A stretch of 64,000 nt of DNA from positions 4,464,001 to 4,528,000 of the forward strand of contig CM082590.2 in assembly GCA_040954595.2 (NCBI GenBank), given 5' to 3'. A model generated the notes under the pieces. It was not told where the DNA came from, ran no database searches, and saw nothing but the letters and a program-made list of their open reading frames with translations. Made by a program: the position numbers and the translations under genes. This DNA is from Balanoglossus misakiensis. Its lineage: Eukaryota; Animalia; Hemichordata. Below are positions 1 to 11,453 of the stretch, one piece after another. How positions within the stretch are numbered: position 1 is the stretch's first letter; every line of letters begins with the position of its first letter.

Positions 1-1695
1 AAAATGTGCTTAAAGCATAGAAGGGATGCTTTTACAGGAACAACATTCAAAACAAAAGGATCAGATCAGAGTGAATAATCCAAGCTGGCCATTTTCTGTG
101 TGGGGAGTATTTGTGAGGTGAATTTACAAGCTTCATACTTCACACATCTAGTTGTTTAAAACACAATATAGATTTTAAAAGGAAATATTACATTACAATA
201 AGCTGTGGTTTAAGTATTTTATCGACAAAATTATCAGATTGTACAGATGGTCTTAGAAAAACCTTGGTTATTGAGCTGTTTTAAACACAAAAACTCCTGA
301 AGTTTTTTGTCCTATTACTGAATATTCAAGCAGATATTGTCATTGCAATTAACCTTGTCCCTGTTGGATCAATGAATAAAGAGAACACTGAGTTAACATG
401 AAATAAAGTCTGTCCACACATGTCTGAGTAATGGTTCCATACAAAAGGATTCACTGACAGACGGAATGTTATCTTTAAGATGGATGGTTTTGATCCAAGG
501 GAATTGAAAAGAAATCACTATTTGCCATTTCTGTCAAGATTGTTAGTACATCAATTAAATTTGGCATATATCACATGTTGATATGCATAATTAAAGACAT
601 TAAATCTGTGACAGAAAAAAATTAACATACCACATATATTTTCCGCAAAAAATACAAGTCACAAAGAAAAAAAAGCAAGTATTATATTAACACACCAAAA
701 ACTGCCGTATATTGATAAACTTGAAATTTACAAATGAATGTTTAAATGGAAACAATCATAATTCAAGAGGACATTAAAAACATGAAATTTTTGATAGTTT
801 TAAAAACGCAAGTTATGTAATTCTACATTGATGCACAATTCATAATAGTACTTGGTGTAAAGACAGACAATCTCCTTCTCTCTCTATTAAACATAGATTT
901 GGCTACACATCAACAGAATGTGTTTAATGTCAGTTGTGGTATACTAGTCCATAAAAGAAATCACCACTTAAAATGCAAATATAAATTGAGATACTCCAAT
1001 CCAATTAACCTGGGTCATTTGATTATGTTACAAATGCAACCTCAAAGTGAATTTTCTCACAAGAAGATTGAAAGGCCACATTTTTGTTTATCAAATCATA
1101 GGATTGGTCTCTGCACAGAGGATACTGTATGAGCATTGTTCCCATCATACAGCGAGTGATTAAAATGTCATTTCATCCACTTATCTGTGACCATGTTTTT
1201 TGGCCTATGAACATATGGTGAAGGAGCATCTAACTGGAAGATCTATTGTATAATTTCCTACAGTCACCTAAAAACAATTCCCACTATCACTAAACGCAGA
1301 TCAAACATGAAATATTTCACTCTTTTGTCTAAATTTGACATTGTTGGAACTGTTCAGGGGATATATCCGAATAAAATGTATATAAGTAGTATTCCTTGTA
1401 TTTGGAAATAATGTCACAACTCTGCCATTATACCTATATACACAATGGGAAATGCAGTTACTGTGTAGTATATGTGTGGCCAGATCCAAATTCTGTAGTG
1501 TTTGGAATCTACCAGTCTTGCGCCCTCATGAGATGTTTGAGAGTACATTATGGATGCTAGGGTGTATTGATGGAAATATTAGATTTATGTTTTGGTAACA
1601 TTCATGCACATGTATTGTGGTATCACAGATACAATACCGTATGTTTACATAGAGTATTGTGATAATCTTTGGGTGACACCCACATCAGTATGTCT

Positions 1696-4600
1696 CTATT
1701 GTTTACTTGCCAGGTCACGAAAGTGAGTTTCACAAACCCAAATGACACCTGTGCCATATGCTATTGGCTGAAGGTGCCCAAACTGTCCATCTTCATCAGC
1801 TTTACCGAGAAAGCGTTGGAAATCTCTACGGTGTAGTGATGATTTCATCTTTTCTAACTCCTCCATGGACTTTTGTAGTGGCTCTCTGGATATGTCATTC
1901 AATTCTGGATACTTGCTTCCAAAATCATCCAAGAATTCTGACAGTAAGTTACCTGCTTTCCCAGCGATTGCAGGAACTGTTTTTGCTGCTGCAGCAGCAG
2001 TACCGGTTGGATCTGGAATGAACTTCAACAAACCACCTGCTACCTCGATGATCTTCAGAATTCTACAGATATGCGGGCCATACTTCTTGAGAAACCCATT
2101 CACATTTCTAACTCGATATCCTGGGAAATCGATGAAGTGCAACTGTTGTGGGTTTTCACAAAGCAAGTGGACTGCATAACCATCAGAGAAGTGGGAAAAC
2201 ACATACTGTGTCAGTTGACCCACAATTGATAGGCTTCCTGTGTTAACCGACAGCATAACAAAGTGACTTGGGCAGCGCATGTCTTTGGACATGTCAAATC
2301 TAGTCTGCGTAGAAATTGGTCTTTCTACTCCATGCCACTGTAGTAGGTCTAACCTGCTGTCAAATGTGTGACTGTGTGATTTGGGGATGGAGCAGATTAG
2401 ACTGTTTCCAACCTGTTTCATTTCTCCAATCTTAGGTTTACACTGAACGATACAGTGTGGGCATGATAGGGACTCTGGTACCTTCATATAAACATTCATG
2501 TACTGAGGGGTGTTGAGAACACCCTTCATGATGCCTTGCAGTTGTTGCAGGAGGCAACAAGCCTGTGGTCCCCTAACACTGACAAGGATATTGTTGCTAT
2601 GGTAAAGCAACTCAAAACGCACAGTGTGCACAATGCTCGCACTTCTGTCAAAACCACCAGACTTGGCACATTCATCACATGGTTCCAACCATTCTTTGCA
2701 AAGAAACACAATGTTATTTCGTGTGTATGAGGGATGACTCGACTCTGCAAACATGGCCTTCTCATTGACCGCTACTATTAGATCACAGAAAAACAGCGGA
2801 GGTAGAAAGCCAAATTCATACAGTTGACTAGCCTGTCTGACTTTGTCTTTAGGGTATGGGTACCAACTATCTTGTGATGGTTGACCAACAGGTAACTTAC
2901 AAGGAAACAGAAAACCCTTCTTTCCTTCAACTGATGTTTGTTCATCACCAAATGCAAAACAGATACGCAATGATGTAAAAACATCTAAAAGTGAGCCACG
3001 ATATTCACTTTCGATGTCTGCCCAGGCTTTTACCATGTTCTCCATTGACAGTATGCCATTGTTATCAATGAATTCCCCAGACCCATCTTCCCTTGCATAA
3101 GATATCAGTGTCTTCAATTTATTAGCCAGCCAATGGGGATCGAGTACTACCAGCACTTGCAGACCCTTGTCTCCAGTTGTAGATCTAGATGGATCAACCA
3201 CTATGTCACCCTGACTACACAGAAAACTGGTTGCATTATCTAATGTCACACCCTTTTCAATTCCAATGTTACCAGCAATCTCCTGGTATTCCTTGAAGGT
3301 CATTACTGGGTTTGGACGTTTCAGTCGTTCTGATTTTAAGTTCTCTCGCAAGAGATTCCACTTTTCTGGGATTTCTGGGTTTGTTGATTCCAAAAGATTA
3401 TCACAAACCTTTGTTAGTGCTTTTTGCAACTGTGCAATGCTGTTATTTCTCTTGGAAAATGTCTGCTTTGGGAATGGTTTCTTGCTGCAAACCTCAAAAT
3501 ACCCAACAATATGTGGACAAGAAGTCAGAGCTCTTCCTTCTGAAGGAGGCATTTGACTTTCATCAACCAATTCCTCATCACCATCAATACTCACATATCC
3601 AGCTAATCCCTTAAACATACTCTTTCTTTTCAGCACATCTTGGTTCTGACACACTAAGCAATCTTTGCGCATATTTTGCCGGTAGTGCATGCAATGTGTG
3701 TCTCTCATTTCAACAAGTGTATCATGAACCGTCTGCCAAATCAAGTCAAGCACAGCCCTGTTTAACATTGGCGCATCAGCATGGGTACCTACCAGAATAA
3801 CTGGAGAATTTGGAGCATATGCAAACACGGTCTGCAACCACAATTTCACTCTCCCTATTTGGTGTGAAGATGACACCTTGTTCATTGTTGAACCAATAGC
3901 AAATTTGCTGAGGTCAAAGGTGACCAAAAAGACACTGTCATCTGTAATAAACAGTGAATGTGATTCCAGAAAATCTACATCCCCAGCAAAATCAAACACG
4001 GTCAACTTAATATCTCTCTTTTTGAGCTTTATTTCCGAGATGTCTATGCCATCAGTTTTCTGCACGTCTGATGATTCACCCTTCAGCACTTTCACTAGAG
4101 TTGTTTTTCCTACACCTTCATGACCAACAAGAACTACCTTGACATTCCTATTAGGCAACGTGATTGTGTTCAGAAATTCCTTCAGGTAAGACAAGACAGC
4201 TTCCTTACCACCCCTTAAAATATCACGTGGTATGTTTATGGATGGATTTCCTTCTATGCTGATGTATTCACAATTAACAAGTTTGATCAACGATGGTGGT
4301 ATTCTCTTAATTGAATTGTTACTCACATCCAATTTTAATAAACCAGAAATTGAACCTATGTCCTCCTGCAGATCAGTCAAACCATTGTTATTTAAGAACA
4401 ACTGTTTAACACTCACACAAGCTATGTGTATTACTTTCATTTTACTGTCTGTTCGAGGTGATTTCTTCACTTGGAGGGTACAGTAACTTACATTCAGTAT
4501 TTCAAATGACCCAGAATGTTGGATAGACCATGGTACAGGGATCTTAGTATCAATGCAGGTGAAATACCTAGCTGAGGGCAAAAGCCAACCAGCCACTTTC

Positions 4601-4902
4601 TCGGGATCAAAAGACTTAACACTGATTAAAGTGAGACTTTCCGATACCTTTATGTTTCTTATCTCCTTGATGTCGACATTACATAACACTAATGAACTTA
4701 ATTCTCTACCCTTCATAAGTACATCTAACCTTGTTAACGCTTTGCTGTCACCAACTACAATTGCCTTTACTTTCTCGCCACTGTTGTAAACGGCTCTCAA
4801 CTTCTCATCCAAAGTGTCATCTGACAAGTTGAGGACTTCACGCACCGCATAAGATTTTTCAACTACGATTGCTCCGATCTGTTCAGCTTTGAGTAATTGT
4901 TT
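1696..4902 (-). CDS. Terminal exon (1068 aa + stop) of an ankyrin-LRR-Roc-COR ROCO-family GTPase: degenerate LRRs, Roc, COR and a Cys/His-containing C-terminal domain, no kinase
   Basis: ORF 1696-4932 contains LRR motifs (LFLNNNGLTDL, LLKLDVSNNSIKRIP) and Roc motifs GHEGVGKTT (P-loop), KTDGIDI, FDFAG, VGTHAD and EVCSK. COR-type motifs are IPEKW, VVLDPHWL and FLFPCKLP. The first 10 'residues' (MNLSDVFFFQ) are intron: gtgttcttttttcag|AAA is an acceptor at 4903/4902, phase 0. Confidence 0.93.
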   Translation of the reverse strand, partial: KQLLKAEQIGAIVVEKSYAVREVLNLSDDTLDEKLRAVYNSGEKVKAIVVGDSKALTRLDVLMKGRELSSLVLCNVDIKEIRNIKVSESLTLISVKSFDPEKVAGWLLPSARYFTCIDTKIPVPWSIQHSGSFEILNVSYCTLQVKKSPRTDSKMKVIHIACVSVKQLFLNNNGLTDLQEDIGSISGLLKLDVSNNSIKRIPPSLIKLVNCEYISIEGNPSINIPRDILRGGKEAVLSYLKEFLNTITLPNRNVKVVLVGHEGVGKTTLVKVLKGESSDVQKTDGIDISEIKLKKRDIKLTVFDFAGDVDFLESHSLFITDDSVFLVTFDLSKFAIGSTMNKVSSSHQIGRVKLWLQTVFAYAPNSPVILVGTHADAPMLNRAVLDLIWQTVHDTLVEMRDTHCMHYRQNMRKDCLVCQNQDVLKRKSMFKGLAGYVSIDGDEELVDESQMPPSEGRALTSCPHIVGYFEVCSKKPFPKQTFSKRNNSIAQLQKALTKVCDNLLESTNPEIPEKWNLLRENLKSERLKRPNPVMTFKEYQEIAGNIGIEKGVTLDNATSFLCSQGDIVVDPSRSTTGDKGLQVLVVLDPHWLANKLKTLISYAREDGSGEFIDNNGILSMENMVKAWADIESEYRGSLLDVFTSLRICFAFGDEQTSVEGKKGFLFPCKLPVGQPSQDSWYPYPKDKVRQASQLYEFGFLPPLFFCDLIVAVNEKAMFAESSHPSYTRNNIVFLCKEWLEPCDECAKSGGFDRSASIVHTVRFELLYHSNNILVSVRGPQACCLLQQLQGIMKGVLNTPQYMNVYMKVPESLSCPHCIVQCKPKIGEMKQVGNSLICSIPKSHSHTFDSRLDLLQWHGVERPISTQTRFDMSKDMRCPSHFVMLSVNTGSLSIVGQLTQYVFSHFSDGYAVHLLCENPQQLHFIDFPGYRVRNVNGFLKKYGPHICRILKIIEVAGGLLKFIPDPTGTAAAAAKTVPAIAGKAGNLLSEFLDDFGSKYPELNDISREPLQKSMEELEKMKSSLHRRDFQRFLGKADEDGQFGHLQPIAYGTGVIWVCETHFRDLASKQ

Positions 4903-7504
4903 CTGAAAAAAGAACACATCTGATAAATTCAACAGTTTTTAATACATGAAGGGCAGTATGCGACAAATTGAAGATTCATGAAAATTCCTTGTCAGGTGTG
5001 ACACATCTGGTCTTTCACTTAATATTAGACGTACTACTCTTTTATGCAATGTAATCACTCGTTTGACTAAGACGAAGTTCCTCTTTCTGCATAACTGGAC
5101 TAATACTCTCCTATGTAAGCATATACTCATACATAATGATATTAGTAGGTGGTGATTGCTACACATGTTCTGTGGCAAATTATTTTATTTCATTACAGGG
5201 TGCTGTGATGAAGTAAGATTTAATTCTATATTTCAGAGCTGGCTTTCTTGCATAAAATGGGGAATGAATACTTGTATTCATATATCTCATGATATTTTGA
5301 AAAACATTAATTATCATACAAGTACTTTGGCAAATTCATTTATTTATTGATGAGATAACATGATGTGATAAATAGGAAATCACCTTGGTAGATAACGATA
5401 TACGAGAACATGAGAGCAATGCCAGTATGCAACACAGCAAGTCATCTGTATAGACATCCTAAGGATTGAAAAAAAAAAGAAAATATAATTTATTGTGAAA
5501 TACATTAACGGGTAGACACATTATAAGAATTGCATCTAAGGGTAGATTATATGGAATATTTATAATAACATTTGTAACAGAGTTGTTATTATTAATTATT
5601 ATTATGGCAAAGAAGCAGTACTTAAGAACGGCTCTTAGGACAAAACACTTAGTGAACACTTTACCCTTCAGTGAAGAGCTTTATGTACAGTGTTTAAAAT
5701 CCCATTTGCTTTTCCGTCTGTAAATTTGTTTTCGTTCTCAATAAAACTGCGAATGTTTTGCTTCACGACAGTTTTTGCATTCAAATGTGCCACGGTACCT
5801 ATAGGTAATTCATTTACACTTCAGAGTAATGTACAATTACAATATACAGTCTGTTTTTCGTCAAAATTTGATTTTTTTCTATATATATTTTTCAAGATAA
5901 TTTTGCATACTTTCAAAAGTTGTCAAAATTTTGTTTCCTTGTAGTTTTTTCCTGTATTTTGATTTGTAGATTAAATGATAAGCCCGATGCAAACTCGTCC
6001 TCTCAACAATAGAGTAAAATATTTTGCCTTTGTTTTCATATTTATTAAACAACCACTTTTGTTACAACTGTAATACAATTTCCATAAACATGTTGAGAAA
6101 ATGTAGGTCGAGATAAGGAAACCAATCAGTTAGTTGCAGAGTGTAAATAACTGACTGGTTGAAAATATGATATAAAAAGCTTTAAAAACCTGTTCATCTC
6201 TTAAAAAGCAGGAGTGTGCGACAAATGCTACAATGGCAAACTAATAATCATAACCACATAAAAGCAAATGATAAAAATGATAACTTACGGTAATACAATT
6301 ATCAATCACCAATAAGTTAATGGTTTTAAGGAATTATTAATTATATTAAATGAAATCACGTTAGAGAAGTTATTTTTTCTGCTTTTATTGTGTGTTTAGT
6401 GTTAGTGTATAGCCAGTGCAGGATTCTCAATAAAGTCTACAGTGAAGCTAGTCAGGGGTTCACAATTGTCTTTTTAGCCAGAACTCTATTTATAACACTT
6501 AAAACTCGTATTTTTATGATGAAATTCTGAGAATCTGTGCCTTCTGGTTGCACAATTTCGAATGAACTGGTGGGCATTGGTTGCTAAGTTCTCATAGATA
6601 ATCCGACCGACATTTTTAGAAAATTGCACACATCCTCATTTTTAGCGGTATGAAAATTGCAGGGATCCTCAAACAGAGCGGTTACTATTTAAATTAGTTT
6701 TTGATCAAAATATTCAAATGTTTTATGTGATATGTTTTTGCTAAACGTTCAGGTGTTTCATAGTCAAATACTATTGGGTAAATGATAAAACTGTGTATTC
6801 ATATCATTATCATTTAGGAATTTACTGTTTTCTGAGATGGGTTGACAGAACAGATATGGCTCCACGTGGGTCTGCTTTCATATATATATATATATCATGT
6901 TCTGTATTCATATTAGCTTGTTATGGAAAGCGATCAGCCACTCCAGTTTTAAGTTCATAAACAAAAATAAACATACCGAATTTCACATTGGTAGCTATAT
7001 AGAAAGGGTTTGTAGAGTTTCCTGTTATCACAGGAAACTGCCAAGATTGAACTCATCACAGGTGACAGTAGTTTGAGTGGCCTGCATATTTTTGTTGGCT
7101 CACCATGGTAGATGGTAAACGTTATACTGCAGTGGACTGGCTCATTCGAATTGACTCGGTTGAATTGATACTTGTGGTGGACTGGCCTTAAACCGGTATG
7201 CTTGTGGTGTTACTGTGAAGTTCTTATTTCTTTCCTTGATGTCTGCGCCTGGGAATATGCCTCGATTATGTAGTAGCATCAGGTCAATGTGCTCAGGGCG
7301 CTTTACTGTTACTTCTGGTAAATTGACCTTATTTAGAACCTCAAAAGAAGCACCCATTTAAATGTCTGAACTTCTGAGGGCAATTTAAGAAGCAATGACA
7401 GAGTGCCTTGCTCAAAACACAAAACCACTGCCATGTCTAGACTCTCAGACACAATCTCCAGTCTAATCACCAGACAATTGTATCTCTAGCTTCTAAATAC
7501 ACAC

Positions 7505-7546
7505 CTTTAGCCATTCAAATGCAACATCGACAGGGGTTTTTCCATC
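7505..7546 (-). CDS. ROCO gene micro-exon 9, second ankyrin cap (DGKTPVDVAFEWLK)
   Basis: tatattttag| and AAG|gtgtgt, 42 nt, phase 0, G.TP.D.A motif. Joins in frame to KQLLKAEQ of the last exon. Confidence 0.72.
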
Positions 7547-8119
7547 CTAAAATATAAAAAAGGCAGATAAGAGTACATATCATTATTTTTTTATTTGAAA
7601 GAGAAGCTTTCTGTCAGGCCTAGAGAAATGGTAACCTGGACAACTTGAAGTCGCTCGGCATGCCTTAGCATCCAAGAGCTTTTAATTCTATGATGGAAAG
7701 GCACAGAAACACAATAGTTACTGCTTATAACCTAGTCTTGCTGACAACATCTAGAAACCTGCATCTATGTTTGGCTTAGGCCATGAGGGTTGACGGCCGC
7801 AATTTGTGGTTGGCAATTGTCGGGAAAACATACTTATGAAGTTTGAAAATTTACTGACATATGCAGCAAAATATCATAGATGACATATCGCATTACGGTG
7901 GTGTATCGGAATCAGTATTGCACATCTTCAGAAAACATCATACAGTCATGTATTGTGCTCTTACCCATTAGAACGTCTGTCCTACCAAGAATACCGTCTC
8001 TACGCATGTGTTGAAATGCAATGACAAGTATAAAGTGCATTGGTCAAAGACACAACCCCTTCATGTCTGGATTTGAACCCACAAATGTGTAGTCAACAGA
8101 CAATTGTTTTTCTACGCAC

Positions 8120-8158
8120 CTTTGAATCTGCTGCAAGATCCATTGGGGTTTTGCCAGA
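8120..8158 (-). CDS. ROCO gene micro-exon 8, ankyrin cap (SGKTPMDLAADSK)
   Basis: ttctttag| and AAG|gtgcgt, 39 nt, phase 0, G.TP.D.A terminal half-ankyrin motif. Confidence 0.7.
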
Positions 8159-8893
8159 CTAAAGAATTAAGAAGACAGATTAGACTGTTTTATATATTAT
8201 TTTGCACGACAATATGCCTCTCTTTAAATGAACAAAAATAAACGCCCAAAATAAATTACCAGTAGACAGAATTAATCTTAACTTTGTCGCGCAGTTCTCA
8301 TTGCATTGTGTACAATGACACACTTTTTTGGAGGGTCTGAGATAGATGACACTCCTTTATAACACTAATGTCCACCACTGAAATACAACTTTTTGTGAGG
8401 CAACCAAAAACATCTTTTATTTGAAGAATACTGCTCACATCAATTGTGGTATTTGCTGGCTGAACATTACAGATAATGGTATCACTCTAGATCATTGTTG
8501 TTAAGTGTGCAAATTCAATCATTTGAGCTTCAGATTGGTAAAGAATTGTGCCTTATTGTGCTGGCTGTAATCAGTTGCCATATTCGTTCAAGTTTTTGTA
8601 AAGGAAGATTTGCGAGGGGCGATAACCGACGACCTTTTTTGCGCGCGTTGGCCACTTTTTGGACATTAGGTACATGCATACCAATTTTCAAATCAATCTG
8701 ACCAGTGGTTGTTGAGTTTCTGAATTTTGACCAATTTCACATTTCCCCACCTAATTTGCATGTTTGGTAATGACAACTTCATTTGAACAAATTCTCACCA
8801 ACAGCCCGGCCTGCATCTACACACAAAATATCAAGGTGATACGCGCAGTGGTTTTTAAGTTTTTGATGTGGACGGACATACAGTCATACTTGC

Positions 8894-8992
8894 CTTGTTG
8901 TGTATGTTGACATCAACCTTGTATTTCAACAGTAACCTCACTATATTCACACGGTCATTCCTTACTGCAACATGTATAGGCGTGTCGCCTTC
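8894..8992 (-). CDS. ROCO gene exon 7, ankyrin repeat (EGDTPIHVAVRNDRVNIVRLLLKYKVDVNIHNK)
   Basis: tttgacag| acceptor, AAG|gcaagt GC donor, 99 nt. Confidence 0.85.
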
Positions 8993-9224
8993 CTGTCAAA
9001 TATGAAGACGCAATGTTTAATGGCCACATGCAGAATCTGTATTCATGTCTTTGTATCTGTTCTGAGGCATAACTTAATTACTGATTAAAGCTTCATACAA
9101 TTGCTCTCAAGCAATTGTTCAAAATGTGTATCAAACTTTGCTTACAAACTTGGGACAATTTACAAACCTCGCAAGCGCATACTGATTCAAATGATAAATA
9201 CAGATTACACACAATACTACTTGC

Positions 9225-9323
9225 CTCGTTTTGTATGTTGACATCAGCCTTGTATTCCAACAGTAACCTCACTATATTCACACGATCCCTGCTTGCAGCA
9301 CGATGCAAAGGAGTGTCGCCCTC
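9225..9323 (-). CDS. ROCO gene exon 6, ankyrin repeat (EGDTPLHRAASRDRVNIVRLLLEYKADVNIQNE)
   Basis: tttgacag| acceptor, GAG|gcaagt GC donor, 99 nt, near-identical to exon 5. Confidence 0.85.
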
Positions 9324-9610
9324 CTGTCAAAATGAAGACGCAATGTTTTAATGGCCACATGCAGAATCTGTGTTAATGTATTGGGCTCTCCAGTAGCTGA
9401 TATTTAGATCGGGATTTGTTGCGGGTCCTGAAAAAAGTCGTTGGATGATATTTTCGATGTGATACGGGAAATGAAGACTAGAACCTGAATGTACGATTCT
9501 TTAATAATATGGAACACATGGAACATGAGTGTCATTTGCAGAGTGGTGGAAATGACCTTTTTGTAATAGTGAAACTAATAATAAATCTACAAATAACCAC
9601 ATCTACTTGC

Positions 9611-9709
9611 CTTGTTTTGTATGTTGACATCAGCCTTGTATTCTAACAGTAACCTCACTATATTCACACGATCCCTGCTTGCAGCACGATGCAAAGGAGT
9701 GTTGCCCTC
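9611..9709 (-). CDS. ROCO gene exon 5, ankyrin repeat (EGNTPLHRAASRDRVNIVRLLLEYKADVNIQNK)
   Basis: tttgacag| acceptor, AAG|gcaagt GC donor, 99 nt. Confidence 0.85.
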
Positions 9710-10269
9710 CTGTCAAAATGAAGACGCAATGTTTTAATGGCCACATGCAGAATCTGTGTTAACGTATTGGGCTCTCCATTAGCTTATATTTAGATCGGGA
9801 TTTGTTGCGGGTCCTGAAAAATGTGGTTGGATGATATTTTCGATGTGATTAGGGAAATGAAGACTACAACGTGAATGCACGATTCTTTAATAATATTGAA
9901 CACATGGAACATGAGTGTTATTGGCAGAGTGGTGGAAATGGCCTCATTTTAATGGTAAAACTAATAATAAATTTACAGATATCCACGGCCAGCTTCCAGT
10001 GGCCACATCGGTCTGAGAACAAACTTCTAGACAACGTTTTGATGCAACAAATTCACTGATAATTCAATTTACTTCATTTTGTTATAAAAACTATTTTATA
10101 TCGACGGGGGTTATTGCAGGCAGCTTTCAGTGGTCAGAACAAACTTTTAGACACCGTTTTGATGGAATGAATGATGCCAATTCACTGATAATTAAATTAC
10201 TTTATTTGGTCATAAAAACTATTTTATATCGACGATAACAATTTCTTCGTTCTCTCTGAGGCTTTCCTC

Positions 10270-10710
10270 TCTTTCAACGGAAGAGGGAGATGAACTATGC
10301 AGCTATGATCACAAGAAGCAAAAATTTGCCCCTCTTCGTTGATGGCATAAAACAATGCAAACACACTCCCTGTGATCCGAGACTTTCATCGCTTTATGAA
10401 GTCGCACCGTCGGCTGACGTTGAGCCTTTTAGCCTAAAATAGCGCCACCAACGACAAGAGGAGATGATATAAGCAGCCAGGGTCAGAAGAAACTTTGATT
10501 TGCCCGTCATCATTGATGGCATAATACAATGCAAACACATTCCCCATGATCCGAAGCTTTCACTTCACATTATGTCTCACTAAAGGGAGACGGATAGCCT
10601 TTTAACCTCAAATAGCGCCACCAACGGCAAAGGGAGATGCACTATAAGCAGGATCACACGGAGCTTAAAATTGACCATCATCGTAGGTGGCGTAATGAAT
10701 GCACACATGG
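10270..10710. repeat. Degenerate intronic tandem repeat, about 175-bp unit, about 2.5 copies
   Basis: Recurring caacg..agggagatg, ttgatggcataa.acaatgcaaacaca and aaatagcgccaccaacg. Confidence 0.65.
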
Positions 10711-11453
10711 CCTGTGACAGAGGGACTATGCCTGTGACCTGACATTCGAGAATAGTAAATACTTTAAAACAACTCGATTGTGCGCCAAATACAAATGAGA
10801 AACTTTTAAACTGGCATGGTTAAAAGGTACAAGGTCACCATGTGCAATTAAGTTGCATCTAGTGAGTTCAGTTTGGTACGTTGTAAACTATTCACTCTGT
10901 CATTGAACCACATGACAGACCTCCATGACCCGTGAAGCAAAATGTTCGACTAAATTTCACGATCGCTTCACTCTTGTAAACTACAGGTGCAGAAAAAATC
11001 GCGTCTTTCTTAAACATCACTAAAGTCTGTATCGCAAATGTCACATGAAGATTTCATGACATAAAATCTTGCAACATTCGTCGTGTCCAAAATGTACAAG
11101 TTGGACCTTGATACTTTTTACAGCAAACTGTCTTTTAATCAATATGTGCTTTACTCTTTCTGCGACAACTGCAAGAAATATAAATTATTGAATCTGACAA
11201 GTTCGAAATTTCCAGCAGAATGAAAGAATCTAAAGTGTATTCAAATGCAATTGGAAATTTATGAGTGATCTGCGTGGGTATTTATCGTTTTTTATTCTAG
11301 CAATACCCTTGTAGCAATAAAATATTTGACGACAATGTGGCGATCAAAATCGCAAAGATTTTCATTTTATTCATATATGTGTGTTATTGATAATAAACCG
11401 TGTCACCTGCTGTGTGAGTGTAGAATAGAATTGGTGTGATTACAGTAACTTAC

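Larger units (their letters stand above)
9225..9985. repeat. 386-bp tandem duplication, each unit comprising an ankyrin exon plus flanking intron; an older third partial copy at 8885-9045
   Basis: 9225-9600 and 9611-9985 align through exon and intron (e.g. gaagacgcaatgtttaatggccacatgcagaatctgt, tttagatcgggatttgttgcgggtcctg). Confidence 0.9.

Noticed and set aside
1758-4789. Plus-strand ORFs overlapping the ROCO exon
   Set aside because: They are short antisense shadows of the real CDS with no domain signal.
1696-4902. Naming the gene LRRK1, LRRK2, MFHAS1 or DAPK1
   Set aside because: It has no kinase, WD40 or death domain, and ankyrins precede only a few LRRs. Orthology needs a phylogeny.
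4903-4932. ORF-track start MNLSDVFFFQ for the 1078-aa protein
   Set aside because: It is a non-ATG start inside a polypyrimidine tract ending in CAG, so it is the intron acceptor rather than the N-terminus.
6977-7021. Extra exon with a gtatgt donor
   Set aside because: Both candidate acceptors give an in-frame stop in phase 0, which is incompatible with the flanking exons.
8690-8885. Helentron-like fragment beside the exon 7 donor as a cause of exon duplication
   Set aside because: Only a vague motif resemblance, with no definable termini, and it is absent from the duplicated units.
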